NCBI GenBank assembly: GCA_001929475.1 | Contig: LXFE01000332.1 | Coordinates: forward strand, 1-54,428 | Length of the DNA stretch: 54,428 nucleotides | Source of the DNA: Neolecta irregularis DAH-3 | Taxonomy: Eukaryota | Direction of reading: 5' to 3' | Part shown: in pieces, positions 35,664-47,323 of the stretch | Position numbering within the stretch: position 1 is the first letter of the stretch | Layout: the number at the start of each line of letters is the position of its first letter | Translations under genes and position numbers: made by a program | Notes under the pieces: generated by a model | Database searches by the model: none | Told to the model about the DNA's origin: nothing | What the model saw: the letters and a program-made list of their open reading frames with translations, nothing else

Positions 35664-36344
35664 ATGTCCCGGATTATCTCGTTGGTGTCTGGCATTATTT
35701 CACTCGGGGTCATCTTGACTCAAATCCTGGTGATTTTACCTCAATGGAATCAACAAGATTTCCAAGTCGAGTTGAGCAGTTATGTTGTTTTGTCTATCGT
35801 ATATTTTCCCTTTGAGTCTGGGCTGATACTGATCATTTGGTCCAGGGTATAATTACCGCTGTTTCTTGTTGGTTTGCACTTGTATATACTTATACCTTTC
35901 TCACGATATCGACTATATCGTCTGTGATCATTTGGATATTTTTGGCTCTGTTTAATTTGGTTTTGACTGTGGTGAAGTTCAATTTCGCATGCACTGTATA
36001 TCGACCGGGAAGTTGGGACTGCTTCGATCTTTTGGGAAGGTGAACGATCTATCTTCCAAGATCTGACATTGAAAGGTCTTCTACATGTGTGTGGAAACTT
36101 CTTCCAGTATCATCCGAGATTTTGAGCTGTCGAGTTGGTTGTCGTGCAGCATATTCGGGCGTTGCGCTTTCGTGGATTCTGTCGTACCAACAATCCTCAG
36201 CATATCAAAGTTAACGTCAGTGTCTCTTTTGTAGCACAATGTGGCTTTATTTTCCGGGATTGGAGACGAACCGTTCAGCGAATACGGAATGAAAATGCCG
36301 AAATGGAGAGCCAGCCTATTAGTCTGCACTATTACATTACATAA
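35664..36344 (+). CDS. Small four-TM membrane protein (MARVEL/tetraspan-like), unknown function
   Basis: Four exons joined in frame by three 36-45 nt GT-AG introns. Four hydrophobic helices, with a Cys-rich loop between TM3 and TM4. Confidence 0.65.
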
Positions 36345-36752
36345 TCCTTGATTTTTGGTGGAATATATAAGAATGATAGGTGAGGTTTCGCCTTAGAGTT
36401 GGGTGATTCGTCAAGGTTGGAGTTAGATGGTAAAAGAAAGTTATTATACGGCTCATCCTCTTCTAGAATTAACATGGTCAAGAAACACTATTGTTCAGTT
36501 TTCTCCAAGAAAATTCAATCCTTGAAGTTTTTCCCTGTTGACAGATTAGAAACGGAGATTATTTGTAAGATATGTAATTGTTGGTATTTTTCGGTACTGA
36601 TGAGTGATACCAGCCATTATTGTATTTGATGTGTTGATTAAAGTTCGTTCCTTCAGACATCGAAATATTATTGAAAGATAAACTCCAGGTATATTACCTA
36701 TGAACCCACCCCACACATAACAAATCATGAAACACACGTAATAAGTCATAAA

Positions 36753-37582
36753 CTAGGTAGTTTCTTCCAAGGTCTGCGGGGAGCCTTGTATTTCTCTTAT
36801 GCGAGCAGCCTCGGCGGTCCAATCAATTCCCCCTTCCACAGAACCGACTATTTTGCCAACCATCATTTCTATGTATTCTTCGCGAGCATTTTGCGGGACT
36901 GCGATGTTTTCTTTTCGAAGTTTTTCAAGCAGGGATTTGAGGGTTGATACTTGATCTGCGAGAAATTCGGCGGTATCGGGGATTGGTGTAACTGTGTGTC
37001 AAGATAAATCTAGGTATGAGCAAACCTTTCTTTTGAACGGCGTCTGTTTGGAGGAAAGAAAGTTTAGCTGCGTGAGAGGAGATTTCTGCGAGATTTCGTC
37101 GCGAGACCTGCAGTTCGCGATGGAGTATGTTGCGCGTTCTATAAGCCTGGATTTAGTGGTTGTTGTGATAAGATATGTACCGAGGTTAGTTGATAACGCA
37201 ACTGTGCAGTCTTTGTGTCGATATCTTTGTCGATCAGAGAAAAATCCAGATCCTATGGTCAGAGGAGGACAGCATGGGCGGATACATTGTGATGGGCAAG
37301 TTTCATCCAGGGTTGGAGATCTGCGGGAATGTTGAAAATATTACGAAGAACATAGAGCTCGAACGCGTCAAAGTTCCTGTCGATGGCGTTTTCGAGGAGG
37401 GTTTCCAGTTGGTGAACGCCCTGGAGGGGATCGATTTCTATGTCTGCAACGAAGGCCTCGACATCGGGCATCATGCGGTAGAGGATGATGTGGACCGAGT
37501 TGATGATGTCATCGATGAAGGACAGCGGCGGGTACTCGAAGTGTTCCGTGAGCAGCTGGTATGCGGGAGAAGTGGTTGCCAT
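36753..37582 (-). CDS. MIS12: Kinetochore MIND complex subunit Mis12/Mtw1
   Basis: LLTEHFEYPPLSFIDDIINSV, GVHQLETLLENAIDRNFDAFELYVLRNIFNIP. Three introns. REEYIE motif near the C-terminus. TAG at 36755-36753. Confidence 0.93.
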
Positions 37583-37900
37583 ATCAGAAATATATAGAAT
37601 GCGATCAGGGATCAGGCGGGATGTATCAGTGATTAATGCAGATCAGATGTATCAATGATCAGATCAGATCAGGCACAACAGTGGATCAATTCAGATCAGA
37701 TGCAGCAGGGGAATCAGTTCAGACCAGGCTAAGCGATGAGCGGAGAACGGGTGCCTGTGGCTGCGGGTCTCGCTTGGCTCTCGCTTCTCTTCCCGCTCCC
37801 GCCGGTACTCCACCAACACTACTGCTACTCCTACTCCACCAATACTCCACCAATACTCCTCCTGCTCCTCCTGCTCCTGCTCCTCCATTCTCCCTCCTCC

Positions 37901-39566
37901 ATGTCCATGTCCATGTCCATGGCTGCATCCACCCATGCCCGTCCTGCGGTTGCAAGTCCCAGCGCCAGTTCGTCCGCCAGCAGCACCAAGCGCCGGCGCG
38001 CAGTCGACTGGGATTCCTTCTACCGCAATGGCCGCCCGCACCCGCACGAAGTCATCGTTCTCGACGCAGATCTTGACAACAACAATTCACCGCCGCCTCC
38101 CTCCCGCAAGCGCAAGCTCCCGCGCCCGCCCGTGCCGCCGCTGCCGCCCTCAAAGCGCCGCAAGCACGACAAGGTCCGCGATGTTTTTGTCGAACAGATC
38201 CCAGACGTAAACGTATCGCTCGCTCTTGACTCTGCTGATCAGTACAAGCCTTACCACGCGAGCAAGACCGTCGACGATGCCGAGGGCCACTACATCTTTG
38301 AGCCAAACCAGTTTTTTACCCAGCGATGCACTCTCCTCTCCTGCTCTCCGCTAACCCCCCGCAGACAAAATCGTCCAGCAGCTCGGCCAGGGCACCTTTG
38401 GCAAAGTCGTCCAGTGTCTCGATCTGCGCGCAAACAAACTCGTCGCCATAAAAGTCATCCGCAGCGTCCAGAAATACAGAGACGCCTCGCGCATAGAACT
38501 GCGCGTCCTCGACACCCTCCGCCAGCATGATCCCCTCAACGAACAGTACACTTACTTCTCCATCTCCTTTTTTTCTAATCCACAGCAACTGCATCCATTT
38601 CATCGCCTGCTTCGACTATAGAAACCATATCTGCATCGTCACAGAAATGCTCGGAATGAGCCTGTTTGATTTTCTCAAGGAAAACAAGTTTGCCCCGTTT
38701 CCCGCAAAACATATACAGCAATTTTCCAAACAGCTCTTCTCCTCAGTTTCTTGTACTCAATCTATCCCAAATACCCATCTCACACTTAGTTTTGCATGGG
38801 CTAAATCTCATCCATACAGACCTCAAACCTGAAAACATCCTCCTAGTAAGGAATGAATATCGTCGCCTCCCCTACAACGGGGTATCCACCTATCACTTTT
38901 TGGTCTCTTTCTGATATATTCAGCGCTCAAATATTACTGATCGCAGGGTGCTCGATTATACAGACATCAGGTTAATAGATTTCGGAAGCGCAACCTTCAA
39001 TGATGAATACCACAGCAGCGTCGTTTCAACGCGCCATTACCGCGCACCTGAAATAATATTAGGGAGCGGCTGGGCTTTTCCCTGCGATGTATGGAGTATC
39101 GGCTGTATTCTTCTTGAATTCTACACCGGAGACGCCCTTTTCCAGACCCACGATAACCTCGAACATCTCGCCATGATGGAAGCTTTTGCCGGTCGTTTTG
39201 ATGAGCGCTCCATTCGCTCCGCTAGGTTCCTTTACCCCCCCTTTCCTTTCATTTACTAAACAAGAGTTGTAGCAAATCTGGACAAAAATTCTTTCGTAAT
39301 GGACGTTTGGATTATCCCACCAGTGAAACTAGCAGGTCCAGCAGAAAGTACGTCAAAGGCATGAAAAAACTTTTGGTAGTATCTATTCTCCACCTCACTC
39401 TTAACCCTAACAGGACATGATATCCCCACGAAACGAACACAGCGACCAGTTCTATCGCTTACTAAAAAGTATATTCTCATATGACCAATCACGCAGAATG
39501 ACCGCTCTCGAAGGTCTTCATCATCCATATCATTCCATCCCGATCGAAGAATCCCTCGAAATATGA
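37901..39566 (+). CDS. lkh1: LAMMER (CLK-family) dual-specificity protein kinase
   Basis: [96 protein letters not shown] and EHLAMME. Start uncertain (in-frame ATGs from 37736 to 37919). Confidence 0.93.
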
Positions 39567-40121
39567 GATCTCAATCCTTTATTGTTTTATATTCTGTATA
39601 TCGTTTTTGTTCTTGTTTGTCCACCTTTTGGGAGCATTTTTGTAGCATTTTTCTTGTTGATAGATTCTGGGGGTAGAAGATGTATTCTCAAGGAGATATA
39701 GGTTCTTCTTGCCACAGTGCGAAAAAAGATGGATTTTGATTTCCCTCTGCCTGTGCTTTTTGGAGTAATTTTGATTTCAATAGATACGCACATGACGAGC
39801 CTAGGTAAACCTATAAAGTAAGAAATTCATAGATTTTAAGTAGAATTGGATTGTTATCGCACTTGAAATTGGATATAATAGAGCTGCTATTTGTAAGCAT
39901 ATGTATTGACTGCAGTTTTCCTCCTTGCTATTTGTGACCTTACTATGTGTGATTGTACTTGTCAAGTTGCAGTAAAAGTACCTTTTCTGGTATGCTGCTT
40001 TTTCAAAATTAACTCGAAGTCAAATCCTCTATAAAACATGATACAATCCCCTTTCAACCGATAAAGAATTGAAAAGCCGATACCCATAAATTGATGTTTC
40101 TGACCACCCAGTCCACCTTCA

Positions 40122-42060
40122 ATGTCCCTTTTTCGACGGCGGCAGACATCGAGTCCACAACGATGTTTCTATTGCAATCAGTACTCGAACCAACAGCCAG
40201 ACACACACGAATGGCTATGTCCACTCTGCGACGCTATTAACCATCTCGACCAGGTACATCTGAACAATACCTGGTAAACTAACTACGAGAATGGAGAAAT
40301 TGCAGACTATACTCCACCAGTTACTACACAGGATGGCAAGCCACGTTTGCCTTTACGTCCCAGTTATCCACCGCTGAACTCGCCATTCTGTCAGTCTTGT
40401 GCAAATAACCACACCGTTCTGGTCAATTCGCTCGCATCGTTCATCCCTGACGACTCGCACCCCGACTATCAGACTTATCTCGCTGCCTACCCTGCCTATC
40501 GAGCCCAACTGGAAGAGTTATACCCCCTTGTGTGTGGAGCATGTGCTCCTCAAGTCAAGGGCCGGCTTGATCGGAATAATTATATAGCAAAGGCTCGGGC
40601 ATTAGGTAACTGGCTCGAAAAATCGAATATCTCCACAGGGAAAAATAAAATGGCATGGGGAACACGTTTCAGAATTGTTTTGTGGTTTATTAAAGGTGCA
40701 CTCTGGTGCTCAACTATATTTCTTTTATTCGTGTTCTATATCTACGGTATACCCAACATCTTGTTGCAAGTTCTAATTTCTTTAAGGAATTGTGTACACT
40801 CCAGATCAGTTACGTTCGCATTACCCTTTCTTCACTATCGAAAAGATACTAGCTCTCGATTCGGGGTGTTTTATTCCTCTGCGGTCGTTTCTACGCCGTT
40901 ATCTGCCCTTGTCTTTTCTTTATAATTTCTGGCTATGTGCTTGGTATAAGGCTATACGAACTCCAAACGCGACTCTTTCAGGAACGAAAGAGTATCACGT
41001 AGGGATCCTTTTTTTTCTTGTACTTCTCACTGATTTATAGAAAATTCAGTGGTTACAATACATTTTTCGTCTGGTTTTCATATATTCATTCGACTACCCT
41101 TCTTCTGGGGTCAGTCTATTCTTCGTCTTATTCTCGTCTTTGGTATGAATCTTGCTGAATCTTTCTTGTATTAACTGAGAGGCACTGGTGTTTTCGTTTT
41201 ATTCTTTAAAAGTTGTTACACCTCCTAAAATCACACTTCAAGATTCCCATCCTACGAGTTTCGACGCTATAGTGGACGCAACTCTGTGCATTCCACCTAC
41301 TCTTGTCCTCCAGAAGCAAGATCACACTCTTCAGCAGAATATACGAGGTGATAACAATCGGTCACATCCGGTGCATTTTTCCCCTCGTCCGACATGGATT
41401 CCCCTCGACATTAAAACTCCTGCAAAGTCACCAAGCCCGTTTACTGCGTCGGTCCCTATACCACCTGCTCCCAGATCATCACTTACATCCTCTCAACCGA
41501 CGAGAAATAACAAACTGCCGCCCCTTCGCAATCCCGTTCTAAAGAACTCGGGTTTGTCTACCGGTATGTCTTTTACCATCTCTGAAGAACCTCGTTTTCA
41601 GTCACCTCTGGTCGATCCAACTAACAAAGCTCATTTGCCTCTTGCCCCTCAAAAGTTCTTCGCACCGGAAGAAGCGACCGGTCTTGAAAACTTATTTGCT
41701 CCTGCATTGAGGTTAGACGACGAGCCGTTAATTGTACAGGCTCTGAAGAATGTCAAGCGGCATCGGCCTTGTTGGATAGATATCTCGGCGTTCTTCTTCT
41801 GCACGATTGTTGGCATTTGGAAGCCTTTTGTCGGTTGGGCTGGACTTTGCATCATTGCCTCAATTCTCGGGACCGGCAGGCGACGCTTCGTCCAGATATT
41901 CTTGGCTGCAGTCATTTCAGTGGTAATTTGGTGTTTTCAGAAAATTATTTTTGTTTACGCGTCGGCTAGTATTAGTTTGGCGGTACTTTGCGGAATGGTT
42001 AGCTGGAGAATATGGGCCAGAGACCTGCAAAAACAACAACAGCGACGAAAAAAGCTTTGA
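40122..42060 (+). CDS. IMA1: Inner nuclear membrane protein Ima1 (Samp1/NET5 family)
   Basis: CFYCN...WLCPLCDAINHLDQNGEI, FCQSCANNH...LASFIPDDSHPDY...LEELYPLVCGAC (Ima1_N CxxC pairs), TM helices and PQKFFAPEEATGLENLF. Four introns. Confidence 0.9.
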
Positions 42061-43108
42061 TTTAGTCTACTGTTTTGTCTTGTTGGAATCTTGATCTATC
42101 ATTAGCCAAGATGATTGATTGACCTAGGATCTTGCTGATAACTGTTTCTTTCGAACCTGGGGGGCTGTGCACAATCCGCTAGGTCTAGAGCTTTGTTCCT
42201 AATAATATATAAACTGGGCTAATATCGAAATTGAAGCCACACGACTAGATATCTATTATTACAACAACTGCCTGCATATTATTCAAAGCAAGTGTACAAA
42301 GAGGAAATATATGGATGAAGTGCGCTTCACCCTTTGAAAATATGGACCGTTTGGCTAACTGGAACCGCAACATGCTAGTTCCACATAGGGATACTTGGAG
42401 CTAGATAATGTCTAGACGGAATATTTGTAATCCGTCATCCTGATGAATCAGATGCCAAATCAACACCTGCTAACCAATCTTTCTAGAGCGCAGTAACAAC
42501 GGCGTTGTATGTCTCGGCAATCGCGGGGTAGACATCGTTTCCCCGAAGTTTTCGGGCGTCATGTGGGGAAAAGTTTGCTATATTAAACGAGTCCAAGTCC
42601 AAAGATAACTCCCCAGCGGTGAAACAGCCCCGGCCGAAAATATTAATTGGAGCGACAGTACTACAATAGACTGGATTTGCGGTGCATTTTGTCTTGACTT
42701 GCTCAGTAACAGGCAAGATGCAAGGACCGGAAGGGGAATAACGGCCATCAGGAAAGACGTCATGAGAAGCGACTCTGGAATTCGATGCAACTGCCTGACA
42801 AAGAAAAACAAGTAACATTCTCGGGTTTCACCCGTGCCGATGGGCAAGGGGACAGGCGAGTCGGCTGTTCCAGGCCCTGAAGTCTCGGAAAATCGCGAGG
42901 CTTGGAATATAATTCCCCTGAGACTGTCAGTCGCTGCAAACTCCCAGGAGCGAATCGAAAACGGCTTTTAAAGTCGGCGGCATTCCCGGTGCTATGCCTG
43001 TCGATTACGTCCTTTTTTTTCTTTCGTTTTCTGCCGGGGTGTCGATATCGATATAAGATTTTTCCCTCTCGTCCTCTTTTCCTGCGACTCATCGATCTCC
43101 AATCGACA

Positions 43109-43416
43109 ATGTCGTCGTTGACTTCCCTTGTCTCGGGGTTTCTCTGTCCGGCAAAACCGTCAACCCCGCCTCTCGAGAATCAAGGTCATCATCGTTTGTC
43201 TACCACAGATTTCTCCTACCGGCTTGATCGTGGTAAGTTTTATTCTTATCCAATATATCTGAGTATCTAGAAGAAGGCAACTGGATTAGGGTTCCCGGCG
43301 AGCAGAGACTCATTCCATTGCCGCCTAATACCCAATTCATCGCCCGAATACCTGGTCGAAAACTAGTCGTCAAAATGCCAGGTGGAGAAATTCGTGAATT
43401 TTGGGTGCAAAAGTGA
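43109..43416 (+). CDS. Orphan 89-aa protein
   Basis: TATA-like atataag near 43051. Exon 43109-43232, consensus intron gtaagt...ctgag...ctag (43233-43270), exon 43271-43416. Total 270 nt, in frame, ending WIRVPGEQRLIPLPPNTQFIARIPGRKLVVKMPGGEIREFWVQK. Confidence 0.6.
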
Positions 43417-43551
43417 CATTGTTTCGTCGGCGTTTGTTCTGGATTGCTAATTTGAATTGGGGCTGGGAGTTGGGGCATTTTGAGAATTCAACAAATGTTT
43501 GGTGATCAAGATTTATTGTCAATATATAATCCAACTGAATAAACAAATCAT

Positions 43552-45729
43552 TTACCAATATCCAACTATGTCCTTGGTCTTGTTACTTTCATCATCATCA
43601 TCATCATCTTCTAGATCGTCTTCTGGTTCCTCATCGTATTTCCACCACTGAATCCCCGTATCCCCAAACACACCGAATTCTTCTTTCTCCTGCAGTTCCT
43701 GTTTTTGCGCCCAGGGTTCTTGACTCAGTTCCCACTCTTGCAACAGGTGGTCCTCAGTATCATAGCCCGAGTCATATTTCTTGATTCCCATGTGTCTTGG
43801 ATGTAGGAACACACCTTTCGTCTCTCGATTATAGAAACGCGCCAACCCGTGCGTCTTTAGCGGCAAGTAACTCCATACTTTATGCTCCCATCTGCGTTGA
43901 AGCACGTTAGCTGAACTAAATGGAAAATACAGGGTGCGAATAGTTTCGAAATCTCTTCCGTACCGTGCGATTCCACGCAACAAGGTATCTAACTCAATTT
44001 TTGTCCACTGGAGGTGATGATGTATCGGCTCCAACTTTGCTCGGTACCGACGCCATATGAGATTCGGACTTCTTCGAGGGACCATGTTGCAGATAAATCG
44101 CCAGTTTCCCGTGGCTGATCCGTACCGCTCAATAGCGAGGCATATACTTTTGTCTTCGTCACACGAAAAGGCTTTATTGCCTTTTCGAAGTGTGCCGTCT
44201 GAGCAATAGAGGTTGTAAAATCGCCAGCATAGAGATCCGATATTGGGTATTTTTTGGTATTTAGAATTATCAGATAGACCCTTTTTTGCAATTGTGTCGG
44301 CCCAAACGGTTTTAAAGACCGGGTAGATCTTTTCCCAGCACTCCTCAAGGTCGATAATGACATCCATGATTTCGTTGTGTATTGCTGACCATACGTTGAA
44401 GGGTTTAATTTTGCGAGGGGGAATCATGTGCGGCAACAACATGGGTTCACCGCTGGTTGAAGTTTTAAGTTGGAGACATTTTTGATATTCCCGTGAAGAA
44501 TAGAGATCCGCTGGAGCTTTTGCGCTTCTGATAAAGTCTCTAAAGGCGAAGACATCTGTTGATTTCTTATTTTCCTCGCCTGGATTTTGAAAAGGATGAT
44601 ATGAAAAGGAGGACGAAGCGGGATATTGAGAGTCCAAGAGACCTGTTCGTTTCCAGTCCCCGTAAGGGCTCCTCTCACCTTGCTTTTTTTTCGCTTTGAT
44701 AGGATGGCCAACAGGTTCAAGAGAAGGTGATTGTTCTTGAATATTCTGGGATGTCTCTATTTGTGTGTTGGATGAGGTTGGGTGAATTTGGGTATTGGTT
44801 TCCTTGAGGAAAGAATCGCGGAAGCGGGATGGATTCGTTATAAAATCATCCCTGGTTTGTCTCCAGTTATCGGCAGGATCTTGGTAATCAGATGATTGTT
44901 CACTTTGCGCACTGTGTGAAGGGATTGTGTGATCAGAGAGACTACGTTGGGATCTATTGAGAACTCTCCCATCAGAAAACGAATTGCGATAAGAAACGCG
45001 ATCGTGTTCATCAGATTGCCTTGGAGTATGGCGTTGATCTGTGGAGGACCAAGATGTATTTCTTTGTGTTCTTGCCGAGCCGTATGTGTTCTCTACTCGT
45101 TGGGGTGTATCGTGAGTTCTTGCATCAGAAAAAGAATTGCGATAAGAAACTCGATCATCATCAGATTGCCTTGGGGTATGGCGTTGATCTGCGGAGGACC
45201 AAGATGTATTTCTTTGTATTCTTGCCGAACTGTATGTGGTCTCTACTCGTTGGGGTGTATTGTGAGTTCTTGCATCAGAAAAAGAATTGCGATAAGAAAC
45301 TCGATCATCATCATCAGATTGCCTTGGGGTATGGCGTTGATCTGTGGAGGACCAAGATGTATTTCTTTGTATTCTTGCCGAACCGTATGTGTGCTCTGTT
45401 TGTTGGGGTGTAGTGCGACTTTTTTCACGAGAAAAAGAATTGTGGTAGCCCACTCCGTCGTCATTGGACTGCTGATGGGGCTGGTCTCGAAATGACCAGG
45501 TCGCCCCTCTTAGCGTTCTTACAGGATCATCGGAGCGACCGTGAGGCAATGGGTGGGATTTTTCGGCGAAGAAAGAATGTCGATAAGCAGAGCCGCCAGA
45601 AGGGCGGTCTTCGTTTCTTGTTGCGGGTTTTGGAATATTGTTGCGGGGCGGAGCAAGGGAGGGGAGGGATCGAGAGCACGCCGCGGCATGCAGCGGGCGA
45701 ATACAGGGCGCTCTGAGTGCAGCGGCCAT
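43552..45729 (-). CDS. Myb/SANT-repeat protein with an N-terminal tandem-repeat region (intronless)
   Basis: 725-aa ORF. Myb-like repeats FSCDEDKSICLAIERYG...WRFICNMVPRRSPNLIWRRY and WTKIELDTLLRGIARYGRDFETIR...LQRRW, plus an acidic tail. Confidence 0.82.
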   Translation of the reverse strand: MAAALRAPCIRPLHAAACSRSLPSLAPPRNNIPKPATRNEDRPSGGSAYRHSFFAEKSHPLPHGRSDDPVRTLRGATWSFRDQPHQQSNDDGVGYHNSFSREKSRTTPQQTEHTYGSARIQRNTSWSSTDQRHTPRQSDDDDRVSYRNSFSDARTHNTPQRVETTYSSARIQRNTSWSSADQRHTPRQSDDDRVSYRNSFSDARTHDTPQRVENTYGSARTQRNTSWSSTDQRHTPRQSDEHDRVSYRNSFSDGRVLNRSQRSLSDHTIPSHSAQSEQSSDYQDPADNWRQTRDDFITNPSRFRDSFLKETNTQIHPTSSNTQIETSQNIQEQSPSLEPVGHPIKAKKKQGERSPYGDWKRTGLLDSQYPASSSFSYHPFQNPGEENKKSTDVFAFRDFIRSAKAPADLYSSREYQKCLQLKTSTSGEPMLLPHMIPPRKIKPFNVWSAIHNEIMDVIIDLEECWEKIYPVFKTVWADTIAKKGLSDNSKYQKIPNIGSLCWRFYNLYCSDGTLRKGNKAFSCDEDKSICLAIERYGSATGNWRFICNMVPRRSPNLIWRRYRAKLEPIHHHLQWTKIELDTLLRGIARYGRDFETIRTLYFPFSSANVLQRRWEHKVWSYLPLKTHGLARFYNRETKGVFLHPRHMGIKKYDSGYDTEDHLLQEWELSQEPWAQKQELQEKEEFGVFGDTGIQWWKYDEEPEDDLEDDDDDDESNKTKDIVGYW
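44965..45460. repeat. Coding minisatellite, 150-153 nt unit, about 3.3 copies
   Basis: The anchor catcagaaaa(a)gaattg recurs at about 44970, 45123, 45273 and 45426. It encodes YGSARIQRNTSWSSTDQRHTPRQSDDDRVSYRNSFSDAR repeats. Confidence 0.92.
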
Positions 45730-45827
45730 GTAGTAGAGTAGAGTTTGAATGACAGAAGCAACGGAGTTTGAATTAGTTAATAACGGGTGGAGGATTAAGT
45801 ATCCGCCAGCGGGCCAGGAACCCGCAA

Positions 45828-47054
45828 ATGAACCACCAACTAATCCAGGCCCACCGCCATCTCCATCTCCAGATCACCCGTCGCCTTGCGCATATCGGCA
45901 CTGGTATTGGTGCTGCTGTTCCGGCTGCAGGTGCGCGCCGTCTCGTCTCGACGACTCGATCAGCGAGCGATTTTGAGGCAGACTATTTTGCCCGCCCACC
46001 ACTGCCCGTCAACACCATCATCAAGTTTGTACCCCAGCAGGAAGCATGGGTTGTTGAGCGCATGGGCATCTCGCATTTATTCTGCACGCCTGCTAATTTC
46101 CAGGCAAATTCCACAAAATCTTGTCGCCCGGTCTTGCTATCCTGCTGCCCGTCCTCGACCGTGTCCGCTACGTAAAGTCCCTCAAGGAAATCGCAATGGA
46201 GATCCCCAGCCAGGCTGCAATCACGCTCGACAATGTGACCCTTGACATCGACGGTGTTCTCTATATCCGAATAACCGACCCGTTCAAGGCCTCTTACGGC
46301 GTCGAGGACGCTGAATACGCAGTGTCCCAACTCGCCCAGACCACCATGCGCTCAGAAATAGGGCAGTTGTCACTCGACGCAGTACTGAAAGAACGGTACG
46401 TGCTCTCTCCCCACCTGATCTCGTCTAATTCCTAGTCAGCAACTAAATCTCAACATCTCCGAAGCCATCAACGAAGCCGCTATAGACTGGGGCGTCAAAT
46501 GTCTCCGCTACGAAATCAGAGACATCCGTCCCCCAAAGGTTGCCAATTCACTCGTCCTGACTGATTCGTAGAACGTCCTTCAAGCTATGCACCAGCAAGT
46601 CTCTGCAGAACGTTCCAAACGAGCCTTGATCCTCGAATCCGAAGGCTCCCGCCAATCCGCCATCAACCGTGCTGAAGGCCAAAAACAATCCGTAATCCTC
46701 TCTTCTGAAGCCGTTAAAACAGAAACAATAAATCGTGCCCAAGCTGATGCCCAGGCCATCCTCCTCAGAGCCGAAGCCACAGCCTGCGGAATTGAACTCG
46801 TTTCAAAAGTCTTGAAAACACAGGCTGCCATAGATGCCGTTGGCTTGACTGTTGCCGAAAAATACGTAGAGGCGTTTGGTAACCTGGCAAGACAGGGAAC
46901 AACCCTTGTTATTCCTGCCGGTCTGGCCGACGTCGGCGGAATGGTAGCTTCATCCTTGGGCATCTTTCAAAAGGTGAAAGAGGGTCTAAATGTCGCTTCT
47001 CCTCAACAAAAGATTCAAGCCTTTGCTGACAATAATGAACAGAAGACTGAATGA
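45828..47054 (+). CDS. Stomatin-like protein 2 (SPFH/Band-7), mitochondrial
   Basis: NTIIKFVPQQEAWVVERMGKFHKILSPGL, SQAAITLDNV, AVSQLAQTTMRSEIG, WGVKCLRYEIRDI, QVSAERSKRALILESEG and VAEKYVEAFGNLA. Three introns, the first GC-AG. Confidence 0.94.
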
Positions 47055-47323
47055 TCTTTGGTACGGTTGCGGTATGTACAGAATGACGACTTTGCTATGA
47101 TGGATTTCCTTGTTAATACGTTGGAGCCTATGTACAGACAGAATACAAATCCCAACTCGATTTCCTACTCGTCTCCCCAAAGGTCCCCTCTACAACGTCC
47201 CGTAACCTTGATGGAAAACATCATTCCCACAACATATAGGCCCATGGACAACTGCAGTCTTTGTCATTTACACCGCTAGCGGTATTTCAACTCTTATACA
47301 TGAGCCCTTGAAAAGCTACATGA

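Noticed and set aside
42483-42818. 111-aa minus-strand ORF
   Set aside because: Non-ATG start, no motifs and no convincing splice model. It could be a relic but is unsupported.
44929-45495. Repetitive Cys/Ile-rich plus-strand ORFs and a CRISPR-like periodicity
   Set aside because: They are antisense to the Myb gene's coding minisatellite. Units are contiguous without unique spacers and the DNA is eukaryotic.
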